A DNA stretch of 63,972 nucleotides, counting the filler, from Basidioascus undulatus (lineage: Eukaryota): the NCBI GenBank assembly GCA_000826855.1. It is 9 parts of 9 records of this genome, joined end to end, with 100 filler letters (N's around TTAATTAATTAA, not from the genome) between each part and the next. Parts side by side here need not be neighbours in the genome. Positions count along the whole stretch, not along the records: positions 59,847 to 63,972 come from JTLS01002225.1; 8 more parts are not named here. The stretch is one strand, 5' to 3'. The position numbers were made by a program, and so were the translations under genes. Shown here in pieces: positions 59,847 to 63,972 of this stretch (position 1 is the stretch's first letter; each line of letters opens with the position of its first letter). Below the pieces are notes generated by a model. The model did not search any database, had not been told where the DNA came from, and saw only the letters and a list, made by a program, of their open reading frames with translations.

Positions 59847-62307
59847 CTCTTCACCGAAGCCTTCGACACGCCCTCTCACCCTGCCCCCCTCGCACCAACC
59901 TCCCCCTCCGGGCTCTTCCTCCACTCCGACCTCCGCACCCCCGCCGACTTCGGGCCCCTCGTCGAGCGCACCCTCCGCTCCTCGCGCCTCCTCGTCGACC
60001 GCATCTGCGCCGCGCCCGAGCGCGGGATCGACGAGCTCAGAAAGGTCGTCAAGAACTTAGATCGGCTCAGCGACGGGCTGTGCAGGGTAATTGATCTGGC
60101 GGAGCTGGTGCGGAACGTCCACCCCAATCAGGCGTGGGTCCAGGCGGCGGACGAAACGTACGAGGCACTGTGCAGCTATATGAACGAGCTGAACACGCAT
60201 GTGGGGCTGTACAACGTGCGCTCCACCTTCACATCCTTCCTCGACCCGTCTCCATCTCACCCTACCCCTGCAGGTTCTCTCCCACACGCTCTCCCACCCC
60301 GCGCTCTCGCTCGACTACTCCTCCCGCCAAGTCGCGCTCGTCTTCCTGAACGACTTCGAGAAGTCCGGGATCCACCTCCCCACCTCCTCCCGGCGGGCCT
60401 TCGTCTCCCTCTCAGACGAGATCATCTCACTGGGCCGGCGCTTCCTGACCTCAGCGGCCACGCCCTCGCCCGCGCGGGACGTCCTCTTGGACGCGTCCGA
60501 CCTCTCCGGGCACTCGCGCGAGTTCCTCACGGGCCTTCCCCCGCCCGAGGGGCGCACGGGCAAGCGCCGCGTGAGCGCGCAGAGCTGGGAGGCGCAGATG
60601 CTGCTGCGCTACTCGCCCAGAGAGGAGACGAGGCGGAAGATCTACGTCGCTGCGAACTCGGCGAGTGAGGACGAGGTCCAGACGCTCGAGGAGCTCTTGA
60701 GTGCGCGGAATCGGATGGCTAGGCTTGTCGGAAAGGAGAGCTACGCGGAGGTCGCGCTTGGGGATAAAATGGCTAAGACCCCTGGTGCGTCGTCTTCCCC
60801 TCCCCAATCTTCCCTCGCATGCCCCACTCACACCCCACCCTCAGAAAACGTCGCGATTTTCCTCTCCTCCCTCTCCTCCGTGCACCGCCCCCTCGCAGTT
60901 CGGGACATCGACTCCCTCTCTCGCTCCGCGCAATCCGCGCTGTCGCTCCCCACCCCGCCGCCCGTCCCCGCCTGGTCGCGGGACTACTACGCGCACCTCT
61001 CCACGCCGCACTCATCCCTCCCTCCGCTACACGAGTATTTCTCCCTCGGCACCGTCCTCTCTGGCCTCTCGCACATCTTTGACGCGCTCTACGGCGTGTC
61101 GCTCCACCCCGTGCCCCTCCGGGCGGGGGAGGCGTGGGACGCGGGCGTGCGGAAGCTCGAGGTGCGGGACGAGGCGGAGGGAGTAATTGGCACTGTCTAC
61201 GCGGACTTGTGGGCGCGGCATCCCAAGGGCGCCGGGGCCGCGCATTACACGGTTACGTGCTCCAGGAGAGTGGATGATGATGATCCGTGGGAGGGGGAGG
61301 AGGACTCTCGGGGCACCGGCGTGCAGGTCAGGGGGCGCGAGGGCGCGCACCAGCTGCCAGTTGTGGTCCTTGCGTGCGGGTTCGATGAGCCGAGCGTCGG
61401 GTGCCCGACCCTTCTTGCGTGGGGAGAGGTCGAGACGATCTTCCATGAGATGGGGCACGCGATCCATTGTGCGTCTTCCCTTCACCTTCCTCTTCCCTCT
61501 CTCGGTACTCATCCCCCTCTCCATCTCCAGCCATGCTCGGCCGCACGCCCTTCCAAAACGTCTCCGGCACGCGCTGCCCAACCGACTTCGTCGAGCTCCC
61601 CTCCATCCTCATGGAACACCTGCTCTCCTCCCCCGCGCTCCTGCCGCTCATCTCCTCGCACCACGTGACCGGCGCGCCGCTCCCGCCGGCGCTGCTCGAC
61701 GCGCACATGCGGAACCACAACGCGCTGCCCGCGCTCGAGACCCAGGGCCAGCTACTCATGGCCAAGCTCGACCAGGCGTACCACACGCGGGACGTGGATC
61801 GGCAGGGCAAGGAGGGCGGGGGGTGGTCGACTAGGGTTTGGTATGATTTGCAGGATACGGTGGGCGTTGTGGGAAGCGTGCAGCGGACGGCGTGGCAAAC
61901 TCAGTTCGGGCACTTGTTGTGCGTCCTGCCTTTTCCCTGTTCCTTTTCTTCCCACGATCTTCACGCTCTACCCCGCCATCTTCCCCGCTTTGCTGACAAC
62001 GAACCGGGCGGGGACTCCCAGCGGTTACGGCGCGACCTACTACTCCTACCTGTTCGACAGGTCGATCGCCTCGCGCGTGTACTCGCACCTCTTCTCGCGC
62101 GACCCGCTCAGTCGCGACGCAGGCGAGCGCTTCAAGCGCGACGTCTTGCGCTGGGGCGGCGGGCGCGACCCGTGGGCGATGCTCGGGGGGCTGCTCGACT
62201 CGCCCGAGACGCGCGAGGAGGCGGAGGTGGTGGGCAAGGGCGAGAGGGAGGCGATGGAGAGAGTTGGGCAGTGGGGCACGGGAGAGGTGGGGGTCGTACC
62301 GAAGTAG
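59847..62307 (+). CDS. OCT1: Mitochondrial intermediate peptidase (M3 family); 5' end cut by contig edge
   Basis: [57 protein letters not shown] (HEXXH), [37 protein letters not shown]. Confidence 0.95.
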
Positions 62308-62959
62308 ACGGGTGGGAGTACGGATATGTTGCCCGATTCATCATCATTGCCCACGGACCTGCACCCGGGCCGGCGCGTTTGGGCAGCTCGCCATCGTATC
62401 ACGGTTGAAACGCTAGCGGATGGAAATGCAGCGAGGTCGGATTGCTAGAACTAGCCTCCAAGCCGGATACCACCGCAAGCAAATTCTCAGCTTTTTGGCA
62501 TTCTATTTGCTCGTGAGAGCCCTTCAAGCATCGCTGTGCGCCTTTCATTGTGACGATGAGCGTGGGCGTCTGGCGACTGCAGCCTGTCAACCTTCCTCCG
62601 ATTTTTGACATGTGTTCGAGGAGCGCCAAACTCTTGACTATGCATGCTTTGTCGCGGTACAAACCAATTTGGAAGCTGAATGGAGCATCATTTCATAAGC
62701 CAAACAGTGAATTATCAGCTCACGCGGGACGCATAGCCGTTTTCCTTTGTTGTACGTTGTACACCGCAGCCTTGAGCCGAGCCGCTTATTGATTTTATGC
62801 CTGAAATTTCTAAGGGAGCTGAAGCTGAACTTCTCTTTCCTGCAGTGGCAGCCTCCTCAACATACGCAATAATGCCACCGTACGTTGGCACCCACTGTCG
62901 CACTTCTCTTTGCGGCTGTAGTACGTTGATCTTCCCGTAAACCTCGTTGAAATCTGCTG

Positions 62960-63900
<941 letters not shown>

Positions 63901-63972
63901 GTGACGGTCGACCACACCAGGACCATCGACCGGTCTGGATTTTTAATGATGGATCTGAGTAAGAGCATATAT

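Noticed and set aside
50131..62307. Apparent metal/oxidative-stress/mitochondrial cluster (CAT2, MT, MFS, PPX1, catalase, OCT1)
   Set aside because: The genes lie on three different contigs joined artificially. Only CAT2-MT-MFS and PPX1-catalase are truly adjacent.

Overview
This is eukaryotic fungal DNA from an intron-rich, GC-rich basidiomycete. The GTGCGT/GTGAGT donors, CTRAC-type branch sites and gene content suggest Pucciniomycotina-like, which is an inference. The window is not contiguous: eight artificial 100-nt linkers (44 N + TTAATTAATTAA + 44 N) join one segment of over 25.7 kb to eight contigs, the seven complete ones about 4.76 kb each, so adjacency across linkers is meaningless. 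Intact-looking spliced genes are a kinesin-7, an MSS116-type DEAD-box helicase, Cdc25, PP5/PPT1, EI24-like, IAH1-like esterase, RTA1-like, clathrin light chain, SAL1-type Ca2+-binding mitochondrial carrier, carnitine acetyltransferase, an MFS transporter, PPX1, catalase, OCT1/MIP and a small GPI-type protein. There are three tRNAs (Lys-CTT, intron-containing Met-CAT, Ser-GCT). Much intergenic DNA is decayed genes: 2 SDRs, a fatty acyl reductase, about 5 F-box/LRR genes, a CMGC kinase, a Cys/Trp-rich domain and a HicA-like-domain protein. The best leads are (1) a 5-exon, 107-aa, 19-Cys three-module metallothionein that appears only as a fragment in the ORF track, with an upstream direct repeat; (2) a strand-independent oscillation of C-rich and G-rich blocks every few hundred bp through many genes; (3) a fungal HicA-toxin-like domain relic; and (4) pervasive pseudogenisation next to intact housekeeping genes. 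Gene coordinates are start-to-stop spans including introns, read by eye. No searches were run.
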